The notes beneath the pieces are model-generated. The model was not told the DNA's origin. It did not search any database and saw only the letters and a program-made list of their open reading frames with translations. 51,950 nucleotides of DNA from Beijerinckiaceae bacterium (GTDB lineage: Bacteria; Pseudomonadota; Alphaproteobacteria; Rhizobiales; Beijerinckiaceae). Positions 26,929 to 35,526 of the stretch are shown here, piece by piece (position 1 is the first letter of the stretch; each line of letters opens with the position of its first letter). Made by a program: the position numbers and the translations under genes. The DNA lies in the NCBI GenBank assembly GCA_947372795.1, contig CANBVC010000001.1, positions 1 to 51,950 of the forward strand. The letters run 5' to 3'.

Positions 26929-27961
26929 AGTCTTCGCCACGTCCCGCAAGGACCATCGTACCAGCATCCGACAGCTTTCGGGCCATCGCTACGATACGCT
27001 TCTGCGCTTCCTGAACTTCTGTAACGCGCATTGGACCCTTCGCCTCCATTTCGTCGACGATGGCGGCGGCCGCGCGCTGAGACATACAACCAAGGATCTT
27101 GTCGCGCAGGCGCTCGTCCGCGCCCTTGAGCGCGATGGCGAGGTCCGTGGGTTCGATGTTGCGCATGAGAACGCCAAGGTTCTTGTCGTCCACTGCAAGC
27201 AGGTTGTCGAAGACGAACATGTTCTCCTGGATCGCGGTCATGAGATCCTTGTCCAGCTTGAACAGGTCCTTCATGATGCGCCCTTCCTGCGCGGCTTGCG
27301 TGAAGTTCATGATCTTCGCCGCCGCCTTGATGCCGCCGATCTTCGACGCACGCAGCGAGGTGTTGGCCTGGAACTGAAGCTGCATTACGCGCTCCAGCTG
27401 TTCGATCGCCTCAGGCTGAACCGAATCCAGAGTGGCGATGCGGTGCAGGACTGCATGCTGGATGTTTTCAGGAAGCAGGATCAGCACGTCGGCGGCCACA
27501 GCGTAATCGAGATGGGCGACGATGAGGCCGATGATCTGTGGATGTTCGCCTTCAATCATTTCTGCAATTGAACGGGCGTCCATCCATTGAAGGATCTCGA
27601 TGCCCTTCGCACTGCTTGAGGGCGTGATGCGCGTGAGCACGCTGCCTGCCTTATCCTCGCCGAGCGCCTTCACCAGCATGCGGCGAATGTAGGCGTCTGC
27701 GCCAAGGCCCACGCTAGTCTGGGCCTTGATGATCGCAAGGAATTCATCAAGCACGACATTGACTGTGCGCTGATCGACTTCCGTAACGGAATACATCGCA
27801 CTGCCGAGTTGCTGAACCTCACGCGGAGAGAGGTTCTTCATGATTTCCGAGGCCTCGTCTTCGCCCAGGAGCAGCATCAGGATCGCGCATTTCTGCGTTC
27901 CCGACAGCAGCCTGATGGCTTCGTCGTCGGCTTCTGGAGGTGTCGCGACTGCTTCAGCCAT
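26921..27961 (-). CDS. fliG: Motor switch FliG
   Basis: EHPQII, GGIKAAAKIMN, MFVFDNL, LAIALKGA, MSQRAA. Confidence 0.98.
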   Translation of the reverse strand: MAEAVATPPEADDEAIRLLSGTQKCAILMLLLGEDEASEIMKNLSPREVQQLGSAMYSVTEVDQRTVNVVLDEFLAIIKAQTSVGLGADAYIRRMLVKALGEDKAGSVLTRITPSSSAKGIEILQWMDARSIAEMIEGEHPQIIGLIVAHLDYAVAADVLILLPENIQHAVLHRIATLDSVQPEAIEQLERVMQLQFQANTSLRASKIGGIKAAAKIMNFTQAAQEGRIMKDLFKLDKDLMTAIQENMFVFDNLLAVDDKNLGVLMRNIEPTDLAIALKGADERLRDKILGCMSQRAAAAIVDEMEAKGPMRVTEVQEAQKRIVAMARKLSDAGTMVLAGRGEDYV

Positions 27962-27982
27962 GATCGGTATCGCTCGCTTGAG

Positions 27983-29704
27983 TTAGTTCAGATCGCGTTG
28001 AATAAGGGACTTGAGCACTGCGGTGACGCGGGTCGCATCGTCGCCGACAAGCATGCGGATCAAGGTGACCTTATCATCGTAGGTATTGGCGGTATCCAGC
28101 ATCTCCGCGGAGATCGCAGCTTTCTTCGGCTTGAGCCGCGCCTTGATCTGTTCGAGGCTTTCACCTTCACGCACCTCGATGGTTTCGCCATCGCCGAGCA
28201 CCGGTTCATCGACACGCATGGAGGCGGTCATGGACTGGTCGAGCAGGCGTTCGAGGAAGGGCTTCAGGGCGCCAAGGACAACCACACCGAGGATGAGGAC
28301 GATGGCGATCTGCTTGATCGCATCTTCCAGCCATGGGGCGTCATACCAGCTGCGTGATTCATACTTCTTTTCTTCGGCAAAGCTGCTGGAGATGATGGTG
28401 AGCTTGTCGCCGCGGTCAGGATTGTATCCGATCGCTTCCTGGAGCAATTGCGTCAGGCGGGTCTTTTCCTCATCGCTGATGGGCTTTTCAATCACTTTCC
28501 CGTTCTCGTCCACGCTTGTGCCGGAGCGAAGGACGACTGCAAGGGTGAGGCGCTTGACGTCGCCGGTTGCGCGACGTGTCGAGCGGACTTCCTTGCTGAC
28601 TTCGAAGTTGCGGACAGTGGTGCTCGATTTGTTGCGGGCGATTTCACCAGACGCGGCGGCTGCGTTCGCAGGGGGCGTTGTGGTGATCGAGGGAGTCGTG
28701 GGCGGCGAGTTAGACGTAGCGCCAGGGACGCCGCGAGACTTGCCCTCAGCCGATTCCTGGATCGTCTCTTGCTGAGAGCGCAGGATCTGGTTGTTAGGAT
28801 CGAAAGTTTCATTCGTCTGTTCGGTGCGCGTGAAGTCGATGTCCGCGTTCACTTCAGAATTGAAGTTGCCGATGCCGATGATGGGCGTCAACAGATTGGC
28901 GACACGTTCGCGGAAGATCTTTTCAACCTGGCTCTTGTATTCAAGCTGCTGCGACGACAAACCCATTTCGGTGTCGCGGCTGGGGTTGGTCAGCAAGCCG
29001 CCAGATTGATCGACAACGGTTACGCTGGCTACAGGCATGTAGGGCACGCTTGAACTAACAAGATGCGTGATCGACTGCACCTGGCCTACGGATAGGCTGC
29101 GGCCGGGGGAGAGCCTGAGGAACACTGAGGCAGAAGGCGGCGTTTGATCGCGCACGAAGGCCGAGCGTTCGGGCAGCGCCAGATGCACGCGCGCGCCTTC
29201 AATGTCGCGAATCTCCATTATGCTGCGCGCAAGCTCGCTTTCCTGCGCTTGTTTCAGCTTGACCTGCTCCACCGCGCGACTTGCGCCCAGCGGCAACTGC
29301 GTCAGCAGATCATATCCGGTCACCGAAGCCTTGGGCAGGCCAGCTGCGGCCAGCTGCATCTTGGCACGGTAGTAATCATTGCGAGGCACCAGGAGCTGTC
29401 CTGTCGCCCCATCAAGCTTTCCCTTGATGCCCTGGGCCTCCAGGTTCTGCATTACGAGCGCTTTGTCTTCCTCACCAAGATGAGGAAAGAGCTGCGTCAT
29501 CGCCGGCTCACGCATCATGAAGATGGCGGCGAGGCCAACGATCATGATCAGACCCACCAGTATGATCGGTGTGGAACGAACGATTGCTGGCTGACTCAGA
29601 AATTCCTGGGCGCCGGCAAGCCCCCGCGCAAGCTGGGGTCCAAGCGGGCCCAAGCCAGCCGGCGTCTGAGTTGCAACAGGGTTGATGTCTGACACGGACG
29701 TCAT
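27983..29704 (-). CDS. fliF: MS-ring protein FliF
   Basis: ESELARSI, ARVHLALPERSAFVRD, GVPGATSNSP, GYNPDRGD. Confidence 0.98.
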   Translation of the reverse strand: MTSVSDINPVATQTPAGLGPLGPQLARGLAGAQEFLSQPAIVRSTPIILVGLIMIVGLAAIFMMREPAMTQLFPHLGEEDKALVMQNLEAQGIKGKLDGATGQLLVPRNDYYRAKMQLAAAGLPKASVTGYDLLTQLPLGASRAVEQVKLKQAQESELARSIMEIRDIEGARVHLALPERSAFVRDQTPPSASVFLRLSPGRSLSVGQVQSITHLVSSSVPYMPVASVTVVDQSGGLLTNPSRDTEMGLSSQQLEYKSQVEKIFRERVANLLTPIIGIGNFNSEVNADIDFTRTEQTNETFDPNNQILRSQQETIQESAEGKSRGVPGATSNSPPTTPSITTTPPANAAAASGEIARNKSSTTVRNFEVSKEVRSTRRATGDVKRLTLAVVLRSGTSVDENGKVIEKPISDEEKTRLTQLLQEAIGYNPDRGDKLTIISSSFAEEKKYESRSWYDAPWLEDAIKQIAIVLILGVVVLGALKPFLERLLDQSMTASMRVDEPVLGDGETIEVREGESLEQIKARLKPKKAAISAEMLDTANTYDDKVTLIRMLVGDDATRVTAVLKSLIQRDLN

Positions 29705-29735
29705 CTCCAGGAATAAGTTTTATGCTCAGGCCTTA

Positions 29736-30032
29736 TCAGACAGGCATCGACATGATGTCTTTGTACGCGCTGAGCAGCTTGTTGCGGATCTGCATGGTCG
29801 CTTCGAAGGCGAGCGACGCCTTTTCGCGAGCCAGCATCACTTTGGTCACGTCAACTTCCTTGCCGCTTTCGAAAGCCTGAGCGGCGCTTCCAGCTTCCAC
29901 CTGCGCCTGGGCGACCTGCGCCAAAGCGGCGTTGAAGTGGTGCCAGAAGTCATTGTTGGTAGCGGTGCCGGCCTGCAATTTCTGCTGGACGTTGCTTTGT
30001 ATTTCGCGGGTAAGATTAATCACATTAGCCAT
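29736..30032 (-). CDS. fliE: FliE
   Basis: KASLAFEATMQIRNKLLSAYKDIMSMPV. Confidence 0.97.
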   Translation of the reverse strand: MANVINLTREIQSNVQQKLQAGTATNNDFWHHFNAALAQVAQAQVEAGSAAQAFESGKEVDVTKVMLAREKASLAFEATMQIRNKLLSAYKDIMSMPV

Positions 30033-30044
30033 GACTTTTTCTCC

Positions 30045-31205
30045 TCAGACGACAGCTGCGAGGCGGCGTGGAGCCAGCTCTATGACTTCGAACACTTCCT
30101 GGATCTCAAGCATGAGATGCTCGCTCCGGATTTGATCTCCACCTGAAAGCACGAGTGCGCGCTGCAGTACGTTCTCTAGCTCGCGCACGTTGCCAGGCCA
30201 CGCATGCTCTTCAAGTTTCTGGATTGCCTCTTCCGTCAGCTCCGGCATTTTGGCGAAGCCGCCTGAATGTTTGGCGAGGAGGCTGACGGCGATGGGAAGA
30301 ATATCGCCGGACCGTTCCTCGAGAGCCTTGGTGACGAGCGGGAAGACATTGAGGCGATAGTAGAGATCCTCCCGGAAGCGCCCGGCCTTCACTTCATGCA
30401 GCATGTAGCGGTTAGACGTAGCGATGACTCGCACGTCCACGGGAACCGGTTTAGCTGCGCCCAGAGGCGTGACTTCCTTCTCCTGCAAGACGCGTAGGAG
30501 CTTGGCCTGCAACGGCAGGGCCATTTCTGAAATCTCGTCGAGCAACAGGGTGCCGCCATCGGCCGCACGGAAGATGCCCTTATTGGGATGATGCGCGCCT
30601 GTGAATGCGCCGCGCTCATAACCGAAGAGCAGGGCTTCAAGCATGGTGTCTGGAACGGCCGCGCAATTTACGGCGATGAAGGCGTTGCGATTGCGCGGAG
30701 AAGACTTGTGAAGGAAGCGTGAGAGTACTTCCTTGCCGGTTCCCGTCGGGCCGACCAGCATGACCGTCACATCGCTTGCCGCCACGCGGCGAGCGAGACG
30801 CAGGAGGTTGAAGGTCGATGGGTCGCCTGCAGCTGCGCTCTGGTCCTCATCGAGGAAGCGTGCTACTACTTCGGCTGTGAACCGCCAGTTGTTGTCCGCC
30901 GGGCGAACATGCAACGTGCTTCCGTTGAATTCGCATTTCAACGAAAAGCCCTTGCCATTCTCGGCAAGCACGACGATCCGTTCGGCCTTAAGCTGGCGGC
31001 ACCACTTCACAAAGCCAGTCGCATCTGCGGCGAGCTTTTTGGCGACAGCGTAGGACATCAACAGACCGCATTGCGGCCAGGTTGTCTGCACCGCGCTTAG
31101 TTTAGCGAGCGTCGCAGTATGGGTCTCGTACCCGCGGTTATGCAGGTGAGTAATCCAGGCCTCGCAGTCGGCCAATCCGTCGGTGACACAAAGAACTGCA
31201 CTCAC
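30045..31205 (-). CDS. fleT: Sigma54 activator lacking a C-terminal HTH (FleT/FleR-like)
   Basis: GPTGTGKE, GAFTGA, LLLDE, WPGNVRELEN; ends ~35 aa later with no HTH; first gene of the fliE-J operon; GTG start after AGGAAGG. Confidence 0.8.
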   Translation of the reverse strand: MSAVLCVTDGLADCEAWITHLHNRGYETHTATLAKLSAVQTTWPQCGLLMSYAVAKKLAADATGFVKWCRQLKAERIVVLAENGKGFSLKCEFNGSTLHVRPADNNWRFTAEVVARFLDEDQSAAAGDPSTFNLLRLARRVAASDVTVMLVGPTGTGKEVLSRFLHKSSPRNRNAFIAVNCAAVPDTMLEALLFGYERGAFTGAHHPNKGIFRAADGGTLLLDEISEMALPLQAKLLRVLQEKEVTPLGAAKPVPVDVRVIATSNRYMLHEVKAGRFREDLYYRLNVFPLVTKALEERSGDILPIAVSLLAKHSGGFAKMPELTEEAIQKLEEHAWPGNVRELENVLQRALVLSGGDQIRSEHLMLEIQEVFEVIELAPRRLAAVV

Positions 31206-31242
31206 GGCATTTCCCTTCCTATTCGCGCTTCGCAGTACGAAA

Positions 31243-31258
31243 AGCAACGGCTGAGCCA
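31243..31258 (-). promoter_or_regulatory. Sigma54 promoter for the fleT-fliEFGHIJ operon
   Basis: Minus strand TGGCTCAGCCGTTGCT. Confidence 0.75.
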
Positions 31259-31322
31259 GAGCTGTAAGGTTATTGTTACGTTTATTAACGAGGGTTTCTT
31301 TTTTCCGCCTTCATATTGATTT

Positions 31323-31337
31323 TTAACGATTTTTTAA
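31323..31337. promoter_or_regulatory. Perfect CtrA box upstream of fleQ
   Basis: TTAACGATTTTTTAA = TTAA-N7-TTAA in the fleT/fleQ intergenic region. Confidence 0.6.
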
Positions 31338-31437
31338 TTAAAACCAATTTGGTGCGATGTCGGTGGTAATGCGCTTTCTTCGATATTTATTATGCCATGC
31401 ACCAAATTGCGCTGTGTGGCGGGGCGGTCTTTCTTGA

Positions 31438-32700
31438 TTGTCTGACAGTTCCCAGTCAAAAACTCGACATGCTCAATACGAACCGTCTGAGATTCGACAT
31501 TCGACTTCCTCTTTGCGTGCTGATCGCATGACCAAGGACGAAGTTCTCAGTTATCTTGAATTGCCAAGCCCTGCGATGCGGGAAGCGCTTGATCTCATTT
31601 TGCGCGTGGCTCCTTTGATGACGACTGTTTACATCAGTGGTCCTTCTGGGAGTGGCAAGGAATTCGCCGCGCGTGCCGTTCATGCTTTTTCTAATAGGGG
31701 GTCGGCTCCCTTTATCGCGGTCAATTGCGGCGCCATTCCGCGCGATCTCCTAGAGAGCGAATTGTTCGGAAGCGAAAAGGGCGCCTATACCGGTTCCGTG
31801 CGCACAAGGCCCGGACTTCTTGAGAATGCCGCAGGCGGCACTTTGTTTTTAGACGAACTCGGCGATATGCCGCTCGATATGCAGGTTAAGTTGCTGCGGG
31901 TTCTTGAGGACCGTCGTTTCACCCGCGTCGGCGGCTCGCAGGAGATCAAGGCCGACGTGAGGCTCGTCTGCGCCACCCATCGCGATCTCATGAGGATGGT
32001 CGACGAGGGCAATTTCCGCGAGGATCTTTTCTACCGCATCAATGTCTTCCCGATCGCCATGAAGGGACTGGATGAGAGGCGGGAGGACATCCCGCGGCTT
32101 GTGGAGCTCATATTGAAGCGTTTCCGCGGGCAGGGCGGCGTTGGCGAGGCCCCGAAGTTCCAGCCAACCGCCATTGCAGCGTTGCAGGCTTCAATCTGGC
32201 CTGGCAACGTGCGTCAGTTACGCAACGTGCTTGAGCGTTGCTGCGTTCTGTACCCGGGGCAAAGCGTCGGCAAGGTGGAAATCGAGCGGATCGCCGCCCC
32301 GCGCAAGGTAATTGACAGGGTCGAGGAAACGATGGCCCTGTTTTCGTCTCTGCAGGGACTGGGATTTGGGCGTTCTTTAGAGTCTGCGCCTGCACAGCAA
32401 GATGACGCAGATCCTGAGCCGGCTCATGCTGAATTGGCGGGCTTGCAGACGGACGTTGAGCCTGCACCTCCAATGGCGCCGGATTTGCTGTCAGTTCCGC
32501 TGGATGTGTCGGGTTTCCTGCGCGCGTCGACAGACTTCAATTTTCGCGATCATATGATGAAGATCGAGATCGCCTTCATCAGAGGGGCCTTGTCGGAAAT
32601 GAATGGCTCGGTGAGCGGGGCCGCGCGCGTGCTGGGTTTGCAGCGCACGACCCTGATCGAAAAGATGCGGAAATATTCGATTGATCGAGAAGAGGCTTGA
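31438..32700 (+). CDS. fleQ: Sigma54 master activator FleQ-like (no N-terminal sensor domain; start may be ATG 31528)
   Basis: GPSGSGKE, ELFGSEKGAYTGS, LFLDE, FleQ-type HTH AARVLGLQRTTLIEKMRKY. Confidence 0.87.
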   Translation: MSDSSQSKTRHAQYEPSEIRHSTSSLRADRMTKDEVLSYLELPSPAMREALDLILRVAPLMTTVYISGPSGSGKEFAARAVHAFSNRGSAPFIAVNCGAIPRDLLESELFGSEKGAYTGSVRTRPGLLENAAGGTLFLDELGDMPLDMQVKLLRVLEDRRFTRVGGSQEIKADVRLVCATHRDLMRMVDEGNFREDLFYRINVFPIAMKGLDERREDIPRLVELILKRFRGQGGVGEAPKFQPTAIAALQASIWPGNVRQLRNVLERCCVLYPGQSVGKVEIERIAAPRKVIDRVEETMALFSSLQGLGFGRSLESAPAQQDDADPEPAHAELAGLQTDVEPAPPMAPDLLSVPLDVSGFLRASTDFNFRDHMMKIEIAFIRGALSEMNGSVSGAARVLGLQRTTLIEKMRKYSIDREEA

Positions 32701-33096
32701 TCAGGCCGCCTTGGCTGCTGTGCTGATCGAGTTCCATGCGTTGGCGATCTCGCTGATCGCTTCATGCACTTCGTCAAGCGCCGAAAGGTTGTTCTTGAAG
32801 CTCGCTTCGACCAGCTTCCGGCGCGCCCAGCCGTAAAGATGCTCTAGTGACTGCGCCACCTCGCCGCCGCGGTCGAAGTCGAGGCTGGTGGTGAGCACAT
32901 GGACGATGGTCAGGGCTTTGGTGAGGTGCTCTGACTTAGCAGCCAGATCCTTGCGCTCAAGCGCGTCACGCGCAAGCTCCATACTCAGGAGCAAGTGGGT
33001 GAAGAGAATCTGAACGAGATCGTGGGGGTCGGCCCCCTCCACCAGGAAGTCCTGTTCCGCCGCTTGATAGGCCTTGATCGCGTCCCGATTAAACAT
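32701..33096 (-). CDS. fliS: Flagellin chaperone FliS
   Basis: ADPHDLVQILF, SLDFDRGGEVAQSLEHLY, EIANAWNSI. Confidence 0.95.
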   Translation of the reverse strand: MFNRDAIKAYQAAEQDFLVEGADPHDLVQILFTHLLLSMELARDALERKDLAAKSEHLTKALTIVHVLTTSLDFDRGGEVAQSLEHLYGWARRKLVEASFKNNLSALDEVHEAISEIANAWNSISTAAKAA

Positions 33097-33123
33097 GGTG
33101 TTCACCGCTCCTGTACACATGTG

Positions 33124-33150
33124 TTAACGGCGCGGGGGACGAGATTTTTA
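33124..33150 (-). promoter_or_regulatory. Sigma28 promoter for fliS
   Basis: Minus strand TAAA-N15-GCCGTTAA. Confidence 0.85.
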
Positions 33151-33184
33151 ACGGCAGAGAGCGTTTTTCAGCCCGATTTTTTGT

Positions 33185-33200
33185 TGGCACAAGGATTGCT
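33185..33200 (+). promoter_or_regulatory. Sigma54 promoter for the 33260 paralogue (possibly also motAB)
   Basis: TGGCACAAGGATTGCT. Confidence 0.9.
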
Positions 33201-33259
33201 AATCACAGGTTAGCCGTCTGCAAGTGCAGCGAAATTCAAGGGTTAGAGCGGAGAGCGCA

Positions 33260-34546
33260 ATGCTGTCGATCGTAATGTCTGGACTGAACGTTTCGCAAAA
33301 GAGCCTGGATGTCACCGCCAACAACCTCGCCAATGCGGGGACTGTTGGGTTCAAGCGTTCCGAGGCCTCATTCCTGGATGTCTTCGCGAATGACGCGGCA
33401 ACGGGTTCAAGGGTTGCGGTCGGATCGGGCGCCGCGATTGGGGCGATTGAGCGGTCCACCTCGCAGGGTCAGTTGCAGACGACCGACAGTGTGACTGACT
33501 TGGCGATCGCCGGGCGCGGCTATTTCACCATGCTGGCGCGCGATGAAGTCACGCAACTTACCGATACTCTTTATACCCGCGCGGGTAACTTCAACATCAA
33601 CTCTAAGGGCGAGATCTGCGATTCCCAAGGCAACCTGCTCCAGTGTTTCAAAGTCGACGACCTTGGAAATGTATCGAAAACGCTGCAGAGCGCGGTGATT
33701 GAAACGCAGAAATCTTCTGGCACAGCGACCGTGCTGTTGGGGCCCAATGCGGTTCTTGGCACTCAGGTCTCCCTTAAGGTTTCTGACACAAACACTTTGA
33801 CTCATGACGTTACCCAGCCGGATATCGATGCGGGCTTCGTGACATTCTCGGACGATAGCCTGACGACTACTGCTAGCGGAAGTTTGAAGGGCACCTACCC
33901 TTATAGCGAGGTCCGTGTGCCCTTACCCTTAGGATCTGGTCAAATTGGTCAGACTATCCAATTGATGCAGGGTGGTACGGTTCTGACGAGTAAGGTGTTG
34001 ACCAGCTTAAACGTCAGAACCGACATTGATGGATCATCTTTTGTCAGCTTCGATCGACCGTTGTTAAAAGACGGTGATCTTGCTCTGCTGTCGGCTAACC
34101 AGATCGAGAATGGCATTTCGACGGCAATGAGCGGTATCATCTCGGAGCTCAGCCCCGCACCGCTCGCTCAAGGAGCAACAGAATTTCGTGGCATCTTCGT
34201 TCAGAGCCTCTCGGTCAGCTCTAAGGGCATGATCCAGGAAAATTACAGCGATGGCACGAAGCGTACCGTTGGCGCCATCGCGCTTGCGACCTTCCCCAAC
34301 GAAGCTGGCCTGAAGCCCATCGGCAATACCGACTTTGTCGCATGTGAAGCCAGCGGCGGCGCCACCCTGACGCAGGCCGGCGCACCTTACGCAGGTGATA
34401 TTCACTCGGGCACCCTTGAACAGGCCAATGTGGATATCACGCAAGAATTGATGGGCATGCTGAAGGCCCAGCAGATCTACAACGGTAATGCTCGTATGAT
34501 GCAGACGGCGATTGAAGTCACCCAGCGCATCACGGATAAGATTTAG
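33260..34546 (+). CDS. Second stand-alone FlgE/F/G-family protein with ~170-aa central insert
   Basis: TANNLANAGTVGFKRS, DLAIAGRGYF, YTRAGNF, GTLEQANVDITQELMGMLKAQQIYNGNAR; ATG after GGAGAG. Confidence 0.9.
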   Translation: MLSIVMSGLNVSQKSLDVTANNLANAGTVGFKRSEASFLDVFANDAATGSRVAVGSGAAIGAIERSTSQGQLQTTDSVTDLAIAGRGYFTMLARDEVTQLTDTLYTRAGNFNINSKGEICDSQGNLLQCFKVDDLGNVSKTLQSAVIETQKSSGTATVLLGPNAVLGTQVSLKVSDTNTLTHDVTQPDIDAGFVTFSDDSLTTTASGSLKGTYPYSEVRVPLPLGSGQIGQTIQLMQGGTVLTSKVLTSLNVRTDIDGSSFVSFDRPLLKDGDLALLSANQIENGISTAMSGIISELSPAPLAQGATEFRGIFVQSLSVSSKGMIQENYSDGTKRTVGAIALATFPNEAGLKPIGNTDFVACEASGGATLTQAGAPYAGDIHSGTLEQANVDITQELMGMLKAQQIYNGNARMMQTAIEVTQRITDKI

Positions 34547-34570
34547 TAGCTAGTTTCAAGTTTGGAATCT

Positions 34571-34598
34571 TGCAGGCGCGTCTTAAGTCGCGCCTGCA
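34571..34598. repeat. Perfect 10-bp inverted repeat before motA
   Basis: TGCAGGCGCG-TCTTAAGT-CGCGCCTGCA. Confidence 0.7.
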
Positions 34599-34648
34599 TG
34601 CTCTACCTGTGCCGCCTGTTGCGGCGTCGCGCCTTGATGGCGTAACCA

Positions 34649-35524
34649 TTGGAGTTGCTCGTGATCGGCATCATAGGAATCGTGCTGCTGAATGTATGCG
34701 TGTTCGGCGTGTTCGTCGCGCATGGCGGCGATCTTGCCCCTATCATTCATGCTGCGCCATCTGAGCTGGCGACCATCGGCGGCGCTGCTGTCGGCGCTAT
34801 GATGCTTGGCAACGATCTTGATACGATCAAGGGCGTTGGTGGCGGCATGGGCAAGATCTTTGGCGGATCTAAATGGAAGAAGCAGGACTTCCTTGACGTC
34901 ATCTTCCTCGTCTCGCGGTTGATGAAGATCTTGCGCGTCGACGGGCCTGTCGCCCTCGAAGCGCATGTCGAAAGTCCTGACACCAGCGCGATCTTCGGTG
35001 AGTATCCGAAAATCATTGCCGACCATCATCTTCTGCATCTCATTACCGATAACATCCGACTGATGGTCATCTCTTCGGGCAACCTCAACGCCTATGCGGT
35101 GGAAGAGGTTATGGATGCGTCGATCAAGGAGCATGCTCATCATGCCCAGCATCCGGCTCATGCGCTGGCGTCCATGGCGGGCGCCTTGCCTGCACTGGGT
35201 ATTGTGGCCTGCGTTCTCGGCGTCGTGAAGACCATGGGCGCGATCGATCAGCCGCCTACCGTCCTGGGCGCCCTCATCGGTTCCGCGCTCGTCGGCACGT
35301 TCATCGGCGTGTTCCTCGCCTACGGTCTCGTCGAGCCCATGGCGGGTCGTCTTGCTGTGGTGTGTAAGGAAGAGATGCAGATCTATCATGTGGTCAAGCA
35401 GATCATCGTGGCTAGCTTGCATGGCCATCCCCAGCCGCTTGTGATTGAAGCGGCGCGCGTCACCATCAGCTCGCACAATCAGCCGAGCTTCGCTGAAGTC
35501 TTCGACGGCCTGCGAGGGAAATAA
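34649..35524 (+). CDS. motA: Stator MotA
   Basis: ELATIGGAA, ALPALGIVACVLGVVKTM, ALVGTFIGVFLAYG. Confidence 0.97.
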   Translation: MELLVIGIIGIVLLNVCVFGVFVAHGGDLAPIIHAAPSELATIGGAAVGAMMLGNDLDTIKGVGGGMGKIFGGSKWKKQDFLDVIFLVSRLMKILRVDGPVALEAHVESPDTSAIFGEYPKIIADHHLLHLITDNIRLMVISSGNLNAYAVEEVMDASIKEHAHHAQHPAHALASMAGALPALGIVACVLGVVKTMGAIDQPPTVLGALIGSALVGTFIGVFLAYGLVEPMAGRLAVVCKEEMQIYHVVKQIIVASLHGHPQPLVIEAARVTISSHNQPSFAEVFDGLRGK

Positions 35525-35526
35525 AC

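Noticed and set aside
9585-29704. Non-flagellar type III secretion system
   Set aside because: Rod, hook, FliG/M/N, MotAB and FliA show it is flagellar; no secretin or needle gene
33148-33174. Second sigma28 promoter at the repeated GCCGTTAA
   Set aside because: No TAAA-like -35 element at 15-bp spacing
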